Source: an uncultured Spirochaetota bacterium (GTDB lineage: Bacteria; Spirochaetota; Spirochaetia; SZUA-6; Fen-1364). Taken from it: DNA of 64,000 nucleotides. The notes beneath the pieces were generated by a model. That model was not told the origin of the DNA. It searched no databases and saw nothing but the letters and a program-made list of their open reading frames with translations. Position 1 is the first letter of the stretch. Each line of letters starts with the position of its first letter. A program made the position numbers and the translations under genes. This document shows, one piece after another, positions 10,910-20,240 of this stretch. The stretch lies in assembly GCA_963820525.1 (NCBI GenBank), contig CAWGAA010000001.1, positions 2,272,001-2,336,000 on the forward strand, read 5' to 3'.

Positions 10910-11434
10910 ATGAAAGCCTTGTCCGTAATTGAAAAGATCGAGGGCGCCGTCACGACGGTCCTCAAGGTGATCACGATCGCGCTGTTCGTGTTCCTCACCC
11001 TCATCCTCACGGCGAACGTCTTCGTGAGATTCGTCCCGATCATGTCCCTGCATTGGCTGGATGAGATCGTGGAGATGAGCTTCGCGGCACTCGTGTTCTA
11101 CGGGGCCGCGGCGGTCTGGATGGCAAAGGGGCATTTCAGCGCCGGAAACTGGATCGGCAAGGTGGTGAAGAACCGGCGGGCGCGCGTCCTCTATCGCCTC
11201 CTCGTGGAGATCGGCTCGCTCCTCTTCGTTGCGATCTTGTTCAGGTATTCGCTCGACCTGACCAGGCGCTCCCTGGAGGTCACGGCGGTATTCCAGATCC
11301 CCAAGAGAATCCTCTACGCCTGCATGCCCGTATCGTCCGCCATCATGATCCTCTACTCCGTAAAGAACGTCATCCTGTTGGGGATCGAGGCGATCAAGCC
11401 GAAGGCGGGTGAAAACGGGCGGGCCGTCACGTAA
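10910..11434 (+). CDS. dctQ: TRAP transporter small permease
   Basis: Four TM segments, VFVRF..WLDEI motif, follows dctM. Confidence 0.9.
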   Translation: MKALSVIEKIEGAVTTVLKVITIALFVFLTLILTANVFVRFVPIMSLHWLDEIVEMSFAALVFYGAAAVWMAKGHFSAGNWIGKVVKNRRARVLYRLLVEIGSLLFVAILFRYSLDLTRRSLEVTAVFQIPKRILYACMPVSSAIMILYSVKNVILLGIEAIKPKAGENGRAVT

Positions 11435-11445
11435 CGGTCAGGGGC

Positions 11446-12207
11446 TCATCGTGCAAGCCATCCGCCGTCCACGGCAATGGTGTAGCCGTTGACGTAGTTT
11501 GACGCTTGCGAGGCGAGGAACACCGCCGGTCCCTTCAGATCCTCCGGCTCGCCCCAGCGGCCGGCGGGAATTCGCGCCAGGATTTCCGCGCTGCGGTCTT
11601 TATCCGCCCTGAGGGCCGCGGTGTTGTCGGTCGCCATGTATCCGGGGGCGATCGCGTTGACGTTGATTTTATGCTTGGCCCATTCGTTCGCCATGAGGCG
11701 CGTGATGCCCATGACGCCGCTCTTCGAAGCGGTGTAGGACGGAACCCGGATGCCGCCCTGGAATGAAAGCATCGATGCGATATTGATGATCTTGCCGCCC
11801 GATTTCTGCTCAATAAACCGTCGCGCCGCGGCCTGGCTCAGGAAGAACACCGTCTTGAGGTTGACGTTCATTACATCGTCCCAATCCTTCTCTGAAAACT
11901 CGACGGCGTCCTCGCGACGGATGGTTCCCGCGTTGTTCACCAGGATGTCGAGCCTTCCGAATGCGTCAACCGTTTCATTCACGATCCTCTCTACCGGTGC
12001 GATGGACGACAGGTCGCAGACGATCCCGTGGAACCGTCTGCCGAGCTTCTCCACCAACAGCCTGGTTTCCGGCGCTTCCACGCGATCCACGCCGGCGATA
12101 TCGGCTCCAGCTTCCGCGAGGCCGACCGACATGCCCCGCCCCAAACCGATGCTGCACCCCGTGACGATCGCCACCTTGCCCGTGAGATCGAAGTCGTCCA
12201 TTATCAT
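11446..12207 (-). CDS. kduD: 2-dehydro-3-deoxy-D-gluconate 5-dehydrogenase
   Basis: NIASMLSFQGGIRVPSYTASKSGV, NEWAKH, RIPAGRWG; adjacent to kduI. Confidence 0.95.
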   Translation of the reverse strand: MIMDDFDLTGKVAIVTGCSIGLGRGMSVGLAEAGADIAGVDRVEAPETRLLVEKLGRRFHGIVCDLSSIAPVERIVNETVDAFGRLDILVNNAGTIRREDAVEFSEKDWDDVMNVNLKTVFFLSQAAARRFIEQKSGGKIINIASMLSFQGGIRVPSYTASKSGVMGITRLMANEWAKHKINVNAIAPGYMATDNTAALRADKDRSAEILARIPAGRWGEPEDLKGPAVFLASQASNYVNGYTIAVDGGWLAR

Positions 12208-12222
12208 GCCGCGCTCCCCGTT

Positions 12223-13056
12223 CTATCGAAGAACATCCATGGACACGCCATCCATGTCCGTGAAAGCCTGGTTTTCCCCCACCATGCCCCAGACAAACGA
12301 GTAGCTTCTTGTTCCCACGCCTGAGTGGATCGACCAGCTCGGGCAGATCACCGCTTCCTCGTTCCTCACGACGATGTGACGCGTCTCGGCAGGCTGCCCC
12401 ATGAGGTGGAAGACGACCGCCTCTTCAGGGAGATCGAAATAGAGGTAGACCTCCATCCTCCGCTCGTGGGTGTGGCAGGGCATGGTATTCCAGGCGCTTC
12501 CCTCCATCAGGGAGGTGAAGCCCATCACCAAGCTGCAGCTCTGTACGACGTCGGGATGGATGACCTGATTGATGGTCCGCGCATTGCACTCCTCCCGGCA
12601 GCCCATTTTGATCTGCCTGGTCTTGTCCGCGCCGATGAGCGTCGTGGGCAGCTCCCTATGGGCCATGCCTGAGAGAAAGTAGAACTTCGCCGGCGACTTC
12701 GGATCCTCCGAAATGAGCTCCACGGATTTCGATCCCTTTCCCACGTACAACCCGTCGAGCCGGCGCATGGAATACGCGATTCCGTCCACATCCACCGTTC
12801 CAACCCCCCCGAGATTGAGGATGCCGAGCTCCCTCCGATCAAGAAGGGAGTCCGTGCCGATAAGCTCCCTCTGTACCGTGAGTCCCAACTTCCCGGCCGT
12901 CGGGACCGCACCGCCGACGATGATCCTGTCGAGGTGGCTGTAGACCATCGCGACCGTTCCCTTCTTGAACAGCCCCTGGATGAGAAACTCTTTCCGCAGA
13001 CCGGCGGTATCGAGGATCTTCCCGTGGTCCGGGTGCATCGGATGCCTGATTTCCAT
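12223..13056 (-). CDS. kduI: 5-dehydro-4-deoxy-D-glucuronate isomerase
   Basis: YSHLDRIIVGG, WNTMPCHTHERRMEVY, PSWSIHSGVGT, WGMVGENQ. Start placed at MEIRHP (13056), downstream of the promoter. Confidence 0.95.
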   Translation of the reverse strand: MEIRHPMHPDHGKILDTAGLRKEFLIQGLFKKGTVAMVYSHLDRIIVGGAVPTAGKLGLTVQRELIGTDSLLDRRELGILNLGGVGTVDVDGIAYSMRRLDGLYVGKGSKSVELISEDPKSPAKFYFLSGMAHRELPTTLIGADKTRQIKMGCREECNARTINQVIHPDVVQSCSLVMGFTSLMEGSAWNTMPCHTHERRMEVYLYFDLPEEAVVFHLMGQPAETRHIVVRNEEAVICPSWSIHSGVGTRSYSFVWGMVGENQAFTDMDGVSMDVLR

Positions 13057-13078
13057 TATAATCGATTTCTCCTCGTAT

Positions 13079-13097
13079 TGTTGCACTTTATGAAACC
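13079..13097. promoter_or_regulatory. Second copy of the operator, upstream of kduI
   Basis: TGTTGCACTTTATGAAACC matches 8490-8508 at 15 of 19 positions. Confidence 0.55.
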
Positions 13098-13116
13098 ACC
13101 TGCCGCTATTAGGCAC

Positions 13117-13145
13117 AGCCTAATAAAATGACTCCCTCTTGTCAA
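13117..13145 (-). promoter_or_regulatory. Sigma70-type promoter of kduI-kduD
   Basis: Minus strand TTGACA (13145-13140), 17 nt, TAGGCT (13122-13117). Confidence 0.6.
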
Positions 13146-13198
13146 TTGAAAAATGCATCCGTCGGTGCCGTCAAAGTGTCCGAGGCAGCCGCGTCCTG

Positions 13199-13975
13199 TC
13201 AGTTGTGATCTTTTTCGCCGCCGGCGTTGCCGAGACGTGTGGAGATTTGCCGCGCCGCTTCCATCACGTGGGGAGCCATCCCCTCGAAGGTGAGGGCAGT
13301 GTTGAAGGTGCTCCAGATGACGCTGACAGCGGCCACGACGGCGCCCCGATAATCGAGGATGGGAGCGCCGAGACAGCGGACGTTCGCTTCATATTCCTCA
13401 TTGTCCGCCGCCCACCCGCGTGTGCGGCAGATTTCCAGATCTTTCAGCAATGCATCCAGGTCACCATGAGTGTTCGGCGTGTATTTGCAGAAAGGGATGT
13501 CCCTGAAAAGCTCCCGGAGCTCGTCCACCGGCCGATTCATGATCATTGCTTTGCCCAGGGACGTGCAGAAAAGGGGTCGGCGCTGTCCGATAATCGAGTA
13601 CTTCCTGAGGCTGTTGAACTGCTCCACCTTATCGAGATAGACCACTTCCTTGTCCAGCAGAGTGGCGAGGAAAACCGTCTGACCGGTGACCTGCGAAAGC
13701 TGGCGGAGATGAGGTTCCGCCTCGGTCTTGAGCTCGATGCTGTTGAGAAAGAGACTTGCCAGCTCCACGAAACCCGGCCCGAGACGGTAGCGTCCCGACT
13801 CGTCTTCCTTTTCGATGTATCCCCTCTTCCTGAGGACCATGAGCAATCGATAGACAGTGCTCTTGTGGAGGCCGAGATTCGTGCCCACTTTCGTCAGGTT
13901 AAGCCCTTTCGGCTCATGGGAAAGGAGCTCCAGGATGTCGAAGACACGCTCGATGGATTGGACCGTTTTCTGCAT
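13199..13975 (-). CDS. IclR family transcriptional regulator (KdgR-like)
   Basis: VQSIERVFDILE, GLHKSTVYRLL, CTSLGKA, RCLGAPI; next to kduI. Confidence 0.93.
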   Translation of the reverse strand: MQKTVQSIERVFDILELLSHEPKGLNLTKVGTNLGLHKSTVYRLLMVLRKRGYIEKEDESGRYRLGPGFVELASLFLNSIELKTEAEPHLRQLSQVTGQTVFLATLLDKEVVYLDKVEQFNSLRKYSIIGQRRPLFCTSLGKAMIMNRPVDELRELFRDIPFCKYTPNTHGDLDALLKDLEICRTRGWAADNEEYEANVRCLGAPILDYRGAVVAAVSVIWSTFNTALTFEGMAPHVMEAARQISTRLGNAGGEKDHN

Positions 13976-14216
13976 TCATGAAAATCGTATCCAATCGTTT
14001 TCTTTTAGGCAAGAGAAGCTCCGGCCGGGCAGCGGGTCCGCGCTTTCGCCGGGGTCCGAAGTGCAAGCTCAGGCTGACGAAACCCGCCCGACAATACCGT
14101 AAGAGCAGCGCCTTCGAAGCAGTCCTGCCCCATCAGTTGACACGACCGAGCTTCAAGGAATAATGCTTAAAACCTGTCACGCCGGATCGGCCGGCCACAT
14201 CCGATAGGGAGAGCTC

Positions 14217-14909
14217 ATGAGAGGGACATCACGGGGAAGCGAGTTCTGGAACGGGGTGAAGGCGGAGGCACCCCTCATGCTCGGCGTCGCGCCCTTCGGC
14301 ATGATCTTCGGGGCGCTTGCCGTGAGCGTCGGCCTGCCCGCCGTCATCGGTCAGGCCATGTCGTCGGTCATATTCGCGGGCTCCGCCCAGTTCATCGCAG
14401 CACAGCTGTTCGGAGCGGGCGCGTCAGGAATCGTGATCCTGGCGGTTGTCTTTGTCGTGAACCTGCGCCATGCGCTCTACAGCGCATCGATTGCGCCCCA
14501 CGTCAGACCCCTGAAGCCGGGCTGGAAACTCGCCCTCTCGTACCTGCTCACGGACGAAGCCTATGCGGTCACCATTGCTCGCTACCTCAGGGACGACGTC
14601 TCGCCCCATAGGCACTGGTTTTTTTTCGGGGCGGGGTTGACCCTGTGGACGTTCTGGCAGGTGAGCACCGCCGTGGGGATATTCATCGGGGCGCAGATCC
14701 CTCCCCAGTGGCCCCTGGGATTCGCCCTTCCCCTCACATTTATTGCCCTTGTCGTGCCGGTGCTGAAAGACAGGGCGGGGGTGGCCGCCGCGCTCGCCGC
14801 GGGCGTCGTGGGCCTTGCCACCATGGGCTTCCCGCTGAAATCGGGCCTTCTCGTAGCGGCGTTCGCCGGCATCATTGTCGGCATGATCTTCGAGGGCAAG
14901 AAAACATGA
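14217..14909 (+). CDS. azlC: AzlC family permease (branched-chain amino acid exporter)
   Basis: FAGSAQF, VNLRHALY, LLTDEAYA. Confidence 0.9.
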   Translation: MRGTSRGSEFWNGVKAEAPLMLGVAPFGMIFGALAVSVGLPAVIGQAMSSVIFAGSAQFIAAQLFGAGASGIVILAVVFVVNLRHALYSASIAPHVRPLKPGWKLALSYLLTDEAYAVTIARYLRDDVSPHRHWFFFGAGLTLWTFWQVSTAVGIFIGAQIPPQWPLGFALPLTFIALVVPVLKDRAGVAAALAAGVVGLATMGFPLKSGLLVAAFAGIIVGMIFEGKKT

Positions 14910-15220
14910 GCCTCTGGATTACCATCGCTGTAGCGGGATTTCTCACATTCGCGACGCGGCTCTCGTTCATCTACCTCGTGGACAAGATCGCCATGCCGGA
15001 CTGGTTTCGGCGGGCGCTTCGATTCGTTCCCATCGCGGTCCTTACCGCGATCGTTTTTCCCGCGCTCCTGGATCGCGGCGGCAGCCTCGACATGTCGATC
15101 AGAAACCCCCAGATCTGGGCGGGCGCGGCGGCAGTGCTCGTGGCCTGGCGCACCAAGAGCGTCATCCTCACTCTCATCGCGGGGATGGCGGCACTGCTGG
15201 TCCTTCAGGCCCTCCTCTAG
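14906..15220 (+). CDS. azlD: AzlD family protein
   Basis: ATGA overlap with azlC; TFATRLSF, LRFVPIAVLTAIV, VAWRTKS. Confidence 0.88.
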   Translation: MSLWITIAVAGFLTFATRLSFIYLVDKIAMPDWFRRALRFVPIAVLTAIVFPALLDRGGSLDMSIRNPQIWAGAAAVLVAWRTKSVILTLIAGMAALLVLQALL

Positions 15221-15247
15221 AGCCTCGCTCCGGCCGCGGGGCCCGAT

Positions 15248-16231
15248 TCAATACTCAAGCATGCCAGCCCGGCCGAACCACTCCAGCGTGTCGCGAACCG
15301 TCTCCTCGAAAGGCCGCGGCCTGAAGCCGAGCTTTTCCGTGGCCTTCGCATGGCTGATGAGGCGATGCCCCTGCAGGGTGCGCACGGCCGTGGGCGTGAA
15401 CTTGGGAACAACGCCCCGAAGGCGTCCCCATGCCAGAGACGCATAGGAGGCGGGAAGGGCAAGCCACATCGGAGTTGCCCACATCGGGGTTTTCCTGCCG
15501 GTCAGGCTTCGGATCATGGCCGATACGTCGCGAATGTGCACCCAATGCCCGCTGAGCAGGTAGCATTCCCCCTGACAGCCCATCTTTTCAGCGGCTATGG
15601 CGCCGGAGGCGACGTCCCGGGCATCCACCCAGTCGTATCCTCCGTCGATGAGGGCAGGAAGCCTGCGGAGAGAGATGTCCAGCAGCACCTGGCCCATCCG
15701 CGACGGCTTGTAGTCAAAGGGACCGATCACCGCCGCGGGATTGACGATGACGGCATCCAACCCCTTCCGTGCGGCTTCGAGGACGGCAAGCTGCCCCTGC
15801 GCCTTGGAGCGATCGTAAGGCATGGAATGCGGGCCCAGGGCAAGCGCCCGCGATTCGTCGATGGTGAGATCTTTCGGGTACGCGCTGAACGCGTGGATGG
15901 AGCTCACGTGCACCAGGCGCCTGACGCCGTTCTTCAGGCAGGAATCGATCACATTTCGAACTCCCACGACGTTTGTCCGCTCCACGAGCCCGCCCTCGGG
16001 TCCCACGATGGAAATGCGCCCCGCAAGGTGGAAGACGGTTTCTACGCCTCGTGTGAGACGGCACAGCGAGTCCGGATTGAAGATATCCCCGTTCACCTGC
16101 TCGACGTCGAGGCCCGCCAGCGCGCGCCTGTCGTTCCTGACCAGCGCCCGCACCTCGCGGCCTTCGGCGAGCAGAGCCCTGACTATGTTGGCTCCGAGAT
16201 GTCCCGAAGCCCCCGTGACGGCTGTGCGCAA
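15248..16231 (-). CDS. NAD-dependent epimerase/dehydratase (extended SDR, dihydroflavonol reductase/HpnA-like)
   Basis: VTGASGHLG, VFHLAG, HVSSIHA, YDRSK. Confidence 0.88.
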   Translation of the reverse strand: MRTAVTGASGHLGANIVRALLAEGREVRALVRNDRRALAGLDVEQVNGDIFNPDSLCRLTRGVETVFHLAGRISIVGPEGGLVERTNVVGVRNVIDSCLKNGVRRLVHVSSIHAFSAYPKDLTIDESRALALGPHSMPYDRSKAQGQLAVLEAARKGLDAVIVNPAAVIGPFDYKPSRMGQVLLDISLRRLPALIDGGYDWVDARDVASGAIAAEKMGCQGECYLLSGHWVHIRDVSAMIRSLTGRKTPMWATPMWLALPASYASLAWGRLRGVVPKFTPTAVRTLQGHRLISHAKATEKLGFRPRPFEETVRDTLEWFGRAGMLEY

Positions 16232-16237
16232 TGTATT

Positions 16238-17044
16238 TCAGTCCTTGAACAGGGCTCTGGTATTTCGACCCATCATGCCCACGGCCGCCTTCAGGGGCAT
16301 CGCGCGGACCATGAGCTGGCGCGCCAGGCCTGCCGTGAAGCCCGGCACCACGAGAGGCTTGCGTCCAAGGGCTTTCAGGGCTGTGTGGGCAACCTCGCCG
16401 GGATCCTTCTCCAGGGGCGCCGGACCGGCCCCCTGAGGCTTGGTGGCAAGGTAGTTCGGGGTGCGGATTGGCCCGGCGCAACACGCCAGCACATCCACGC
16501 CCAGCGGCTTCAGTTCGTCCCACAGCGCTTCGGCAAGGTTGATGAGAAAAGCCTTGGTGGCGCCGTAGACCGCCACCATCGGAGAGCCTTGGGCGCCCGT
16601 CATGCTTGACATCACCAGGATCCCGCCCCGGCCGCGCGCAGCCATCCGCCCTGCCTGCCAATGAATCATGCCGAGGTTCGTCCGGCAGTTGAGGCTCACC
16701 ATTTTCTGGTAATGGGAGAGCTCGGCTTCCAGGAATGGACCGGTGTGGGAGAGAGTGGCGTCGCAGACCAGAAGACCGATGTCCAGCCCTTCGGCGGCGC
16801 GCTGAAGCTCGGATAAAGCGCTCTCTGCCGATAGATCCATGCTCGCCGTCTTCACCTCGACGCCGTAGCTTGCGCGAAGCCGCCCCGCGGTCTCGTCCAA
16901 TGGTCCAGACCTGCGGGCAACCAGAAGCAGATTGAGCCCCAGGGAGGCAAGCTCCTGGGCAAAAGCCGCCCCCAACCCCTCGGAACCCCCTGCAACGAGC
17001 GCCCAGGGTCCATATCGAGTAGTGAAGCCTTCAATCGCTGACAT
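16238..17044 (-). CDS. Short-chain dehydrogenase/reductase
   Basis: RYGPWALVAGGSEGLG, MSSM, YGATK; start placed at MSAIEG. Confidence 0.88.
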   Translation of the reverse strand: MSAIEGFTTRYGPWALVAGGSEGLGAAFAQELASLGLNLLLVARRSGPLDETAGRLRASYGVEVKTASMDLSAESALSELQRAAEGLDIGLLVCDATLSHTGPFLEAELSHYQKMVSLNCRTNLGMIHWQAGRMAARGRGGILVMSSMTGAQGSPMVAVYGATKAFLINLAEALWDELKPLGVDVLACCAGPIRTPNYLATKPQGAGPAPLEKDPGEVAHTALKALGRKPLVVPGFTAGLARQLMVRAMPLKAAVGMMGRNTRALFKD

Positions 17045-17247
17045 GAAGCTATTAAGTACCTGGAAATGCAAAGGTTGTCTATGTATGTCGGGGAAAGCCG
17101 TGGGGGGGCGATTCGGCGCAAGAGCTGCCCCCTCATGAGCATCGAAGCCGGCCGGGGCGGCAGTCCGGCAGCCGCAAACCCTCGCGTTCGGCCGAGCCGC
17201 TCGAAGCTCGAGAATCGGCCCGGCCGGCGAAGGCTCCCTATGTGCGC

Positions 17248-17990
17248 TCAGGCCGCCCCTTTTCGCAAGGAGCGGACCGCCCACACGATCGCGAGGGCTG
17301 CCAGCCCGCCGAGAAGAAGGATTCCGACGGGAATGGCTGAATCGTGGAAGTTGCCGAGGAACAGGGAGCGGGCCGCCGTCACCTCGTATGCCAGAGGGTT
17401 CACCGAGGCGATTGAGCGGATCGCTTTAGGCGCGAGGGAAAGGGGAAGGGTGATCCCGGAGAGAAGCAGAAGAGGCGCCGATATGATGTTGAGCACGGAT
17501 GCCATGGTGTCCTCGCGGCGGAAGGCCAGCGCGAGGGCGTAAGAGAACGAAGCCATAAGCGTCCCCGTGAGGACCATCATGGCGAACGTCACCAGGAGTC
17601 CCGTGAGGTTCACGCTCAAGCCCATGGGAATGGCAATAGCGACGAGAATCGCGGACTGGACGAGAAGCGTCGCCACGTCTCGAAGCACGTAGCTCAGGAG
17701 TATCGCCAGCCTGTTGGTCGGTGTGACCAGGAGCCTCTCCACGATGCCGGCGCGGATGTGATCCACCAGCCCGAAGCCGGCATAGGCGGTGCCGAAGAGC
17801 GCCACCATGACGAGAAGCCCGGGAGTGAAAACCGTGTACGCTCCACCCTGGGGAAATCCGGGCACCATGGTCAGGTTGCTCAGAAGGGGTGCGAAGAGCA
17901 GCAGGTACAGGATGGGCTGGAAGAGCCCGATGAAAAGCCACACGGGATTGCGAAGCGTCGCCCGGACGTTCCGGGCGAAGAGAAGCCGCG
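17248..17990 (-). pseudogene. ABC-2 type exporter permease (DrrB-like) lacking its start
   Basis: LLFARNVRATLRNPVWLFIGLFQPILYLLLF, GIVERLLVTP, LLLLSG, VNPLAY; no proper start because it is joined out of frame to an ATPase fragment. Confidence 0.7.
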
Positions 17991-18236
17991 ACCACGGGGA
18001 TTGCCTCACCTCCGCGCGTGACGACAAGGCGCAGGCGAGCGCCGTCCACTTCCAGCTCGCGCACGAAGGTCTGGCCCCGAAGCGTCTCGCGGGCCGCCTC
18101 ACCGGCGTTGTCGACATGGTTCACCGTGAGGGACAGGATGTCGCCGGAGATCTCCCGCTTGAGATCGATCGGGGTGCCTGCCGCAACGATGCGTCCCTTG
18201 TCGATGATCGCGATGCGGTCGCAGAGGTTGTCCGCC
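17985..18236 (-). pseudogene. Internal fragment of an ABC exporter ATP-binding gene (DrrA-like)
   Basis: Manual translation ADNLCDRIAIIDKGRIVAAGTPIDLKREISGD...GGEAIPVV; Walker motifs and C-terminus absent. Confidence 0.75.
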
Positions 18237-18263
18237 TAAATTAATTAATTTCATTTGAAATTT

Positions 18264-18297
18264 AAAAGCCCGGAGCGGAGACCTCCCCGCGCCGGGC
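18264..18297 (-). terminator. Intrinsic terminator of the DUF2089 operon
   Basis: GCCCGG.GCGG...CCGC.CCGGGC stem followed by TTTT on the minus strand. Confidence 0.6.
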
Positions 18298-18350
18298 TCG
18301 AAAATGCACCCACTGCAGCCCTGGGTGCATAAAGGAAGCGAGCTGCTCTG

Positions 18351-19637
18351 TCACCCCTTTGAAAGGCCTTCGAGGTCTTCGGCCTTCAAAATCGTCATGC
18401 CCGACAGGTCCTTTCCCTGGATCCGCAACCCTGATGCCTTGACTCCCCGTATCGTGGTATCCCTCATCACGCAGTTGACGAACTCGCAGTCCTCCAGGGA
18501 CGATTCGGCGATGGTCAGTTTGTCGAGCTGCCGTCGGAGGTGACCGCCCCGATGCCGGAAAGCGACGTTCTTCAGCTCGCACTTCTCGATGCTCACCTCT
18601 TCCAGTCCCAATGCGATGAGCTCGCACTTCTCCATTCGAGAATCGGTGAGAAGGAGGGACCGTGCGTCGGCCCCCCGGACGACACAATCCGACATCTCGG
18701 ACCCGGACATCGAAAAATCGACCAGGTTGCTCCCCGACACGTCCGTATCGACGATAGTCGACCCATGCAGCGCCATGCGGTGGATATTCGACCCATTGAA
18801 TCTGCTCTTCTCGATACGCCCGCCCGCGGAGAGTGAAATGTTGTTTAAATTTGCCCCGGCGAAGCTTGCACCTTCGATGCGGCTGTCCTCGATCATGCTC
18901 AACCCGGAGACGTTGCAGCCCGTGATCCTCGTGTCCTTGAGCGTTGAATCACCCGCCAGCTCCAGCCGGGTGAGTTTCGAACCGGCGATGTAGTCATCCT
19001 TGAGCTCGGCCTTGGCCATCCGCAGGCCGTGGAGGGAGGCGCCGGTGAGGGTGTTCTTCTCCATCGCGCTGTCCACGAGCTCGAGGGTATGGACGGTGGA
19101 AGCCGAGAAGCTGTTGTCATTGACCTTGGACCGCGAGAGTCGAATGGAGTGCAGCTTGCTGAAGGAAACGTGGTTGTCCTTGAACTCGAAATCGACTCCC
19201 TCGGGCTGCTCAACGCGGGAGAGGTTCTGGGCGTTGCCGCCCACCTTGCCCCACGCGCGGCTGGGATCAGAGCCATACCAGTACGTGGAGTCGTAGCGGC
19301 CATCCATGCTCCTGGAGACGCTTTCCTTGATCGAGCTCACCATGTCATCCACCCAGCCCGTATCGAAGCCGTGGCGGAAGCGCCTCTCGGCCCGTGATTT
19401 CTCGCGGCGGTCCGAACGATCATCCCTGCGGCTCCAGTCCTGCTCTTCCTCTTGGGAGTTCCCGCTGGCATCAGAACCTTCGGCACCTGCCTGGCTTGAA
19501 GCACCGGAGTCTTCTTCCGATGTCGAGGCCTCCTGTTCTTCAGAAAGCGCCTTGATGAGCTCTTCAGCCTGCTCGGCGCTGATCATGCCCTTCTCCTGCA
19601 TTGAACGGATCTTTTCAACTTCCGCTTTCGTCGCCAT
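18351..19637 (-). CDS. SHOCT-like N-terminus + acidic linker + pentapeptide-repeat-like beta-helix protein
   Basis: KIRSMQEKGMISAEQAEELIKAL, then 5-residue periodicity (SKLHS IRLSR SKVND NSFSA STVHT ... ANLNN ISLSA) over about 290 aa. Confidence 0.7.
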   Translation of the reverse strand: MATKAEVEKIRSMQEKGMISAEQAEELIKALSEEQEASTSEEDSGASSQAGAEGSDASGNSQEEEQDWSRRDDRSDRREKSRAERRFRHGFDTGWVDDMVSSIKESVSRSMDGRYDSTYWYGSDPSRAWGKVGGNAQNLSRVEQPEGVDFEFKDNHVSFSKLHSIRLSRSKVNDNSFSASTVHTLELVDSAMEKNTLTGASLHGLRMAKAELKDDYIAGSKLTRLELAGDSTLKDTRITGCNVSGLSMIEDSRIEGASFAGANLNNISLSAGGRIEKSRFNGSNIHRMALHGSTIVDTDVSGSNLVDFSMSGSEMSDCVVRGADARSLLLTDSRMEKCELIALGLEEVSIEKCELKNVAFRHRGGHLRRQLDKLTIAESSLEDCEFVNCVMRDTTIRGVKASGLRIQGKDLSGMTILKAEDLEGLSKG

Positions 19638-20079
19638 GATTCTCTCCTCTCTTCCTGGCTCGGAGCATCCGTACCGCATCCTTGTAGCTGATCCGCCCGT
19701 CTTCGAGCCGGCTGAGCACCTCCTCGGTGGACAACTCTTCGGCCTGCACAGCCCCCCCCGCCTCGCCGCTTCCCGTGCCGCCAGTAACGCCGGCAAAGCG
19801 GGGGCCGGAGAGATTGAGCTTCTGTTTGATCGACGCCAGGTGAGACTTCACGGTTGGATAGCTCACCCCGAGCGCCGCTTCCATATCCCGAATGCGACCT
19901 TCGCAGTAGATGAAAACGCGAAGGAAGTGCAGCTCATCAGGGGTAAGGGAGCCGAACTCGTTCAGGATGAACTCCCCTTCCACCTTCAGGCCGCATGCGT
20001 CGCATACCAGAACCCGAGGGAACAGCTGTCCGTTGCATGACGGACATCTGACATTCGCATCTATTCGGTTCTTCTCCAT
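19615..20079 (-). CDS. DUF2089 family protein (Zn ribbon + HTH)
   Basis: CPSC...CDAC, FLRVFIYCEGRIRDMEAALGVSYPTVKSHL, C-terminal VLSRLEDGRISYKDA. Confidence 0.88.
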   Translation of the reverse strand: MEKNRIDANVRCPSCNGQLFPRVLVCDACGLKVEGEFILNEFGSLTPDELHFLRVFIYCEGRIRDMEAALGVSYPTVKSHLASIKQKLNLSGPRFAGVTGGTGSGEAGGAVQAEELSTEEVLSRLEDGRISYKDAVRMLRARKRGENHGDESGS

Positions 20080-20096
20080 GCTATTTACTCACGAAT

Positions 20097-20138
20097 ATAA
20101 TACTATTAATTTTCATAATTGTCAATTGATAAAATTAA
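20097..20138 (-). promoter_or_regulatory. Promoter and overlapping dyad of the DUF2089 operon
   Basis: Minus strand TTGACA (20125-20120), 17 nt, TATTAT (20102-20097); dyad TTAATTTT-cat-AATTG-t-CAATT-gat-AAAATTAA (20106-20138) covers the -35. Confidence 0.65.
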
Positions 20139-20203
20139 CTATTCTGCTTCGAAAAGCCACTAATACTCAATTTTGTTTTTGCAGGTTCCGGGAATGCAAA
20201 TTC

Positions 20204-20232
20204 TTGATTAATTACCTACCGGTAGGTATACT
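20204..20232 (+). promoter_or_regulatory. Promoter of tetR-GH13 with a perfect palindromic operator
   Basis: TTGATT (20204-20209), 17 nt, TATACT (20227-20232); TACCTACCGGTAGGTA (20213-20228) fills the spacer. Confidence 0.72.
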
Positions 20233-20240
20233 AAATAGCA

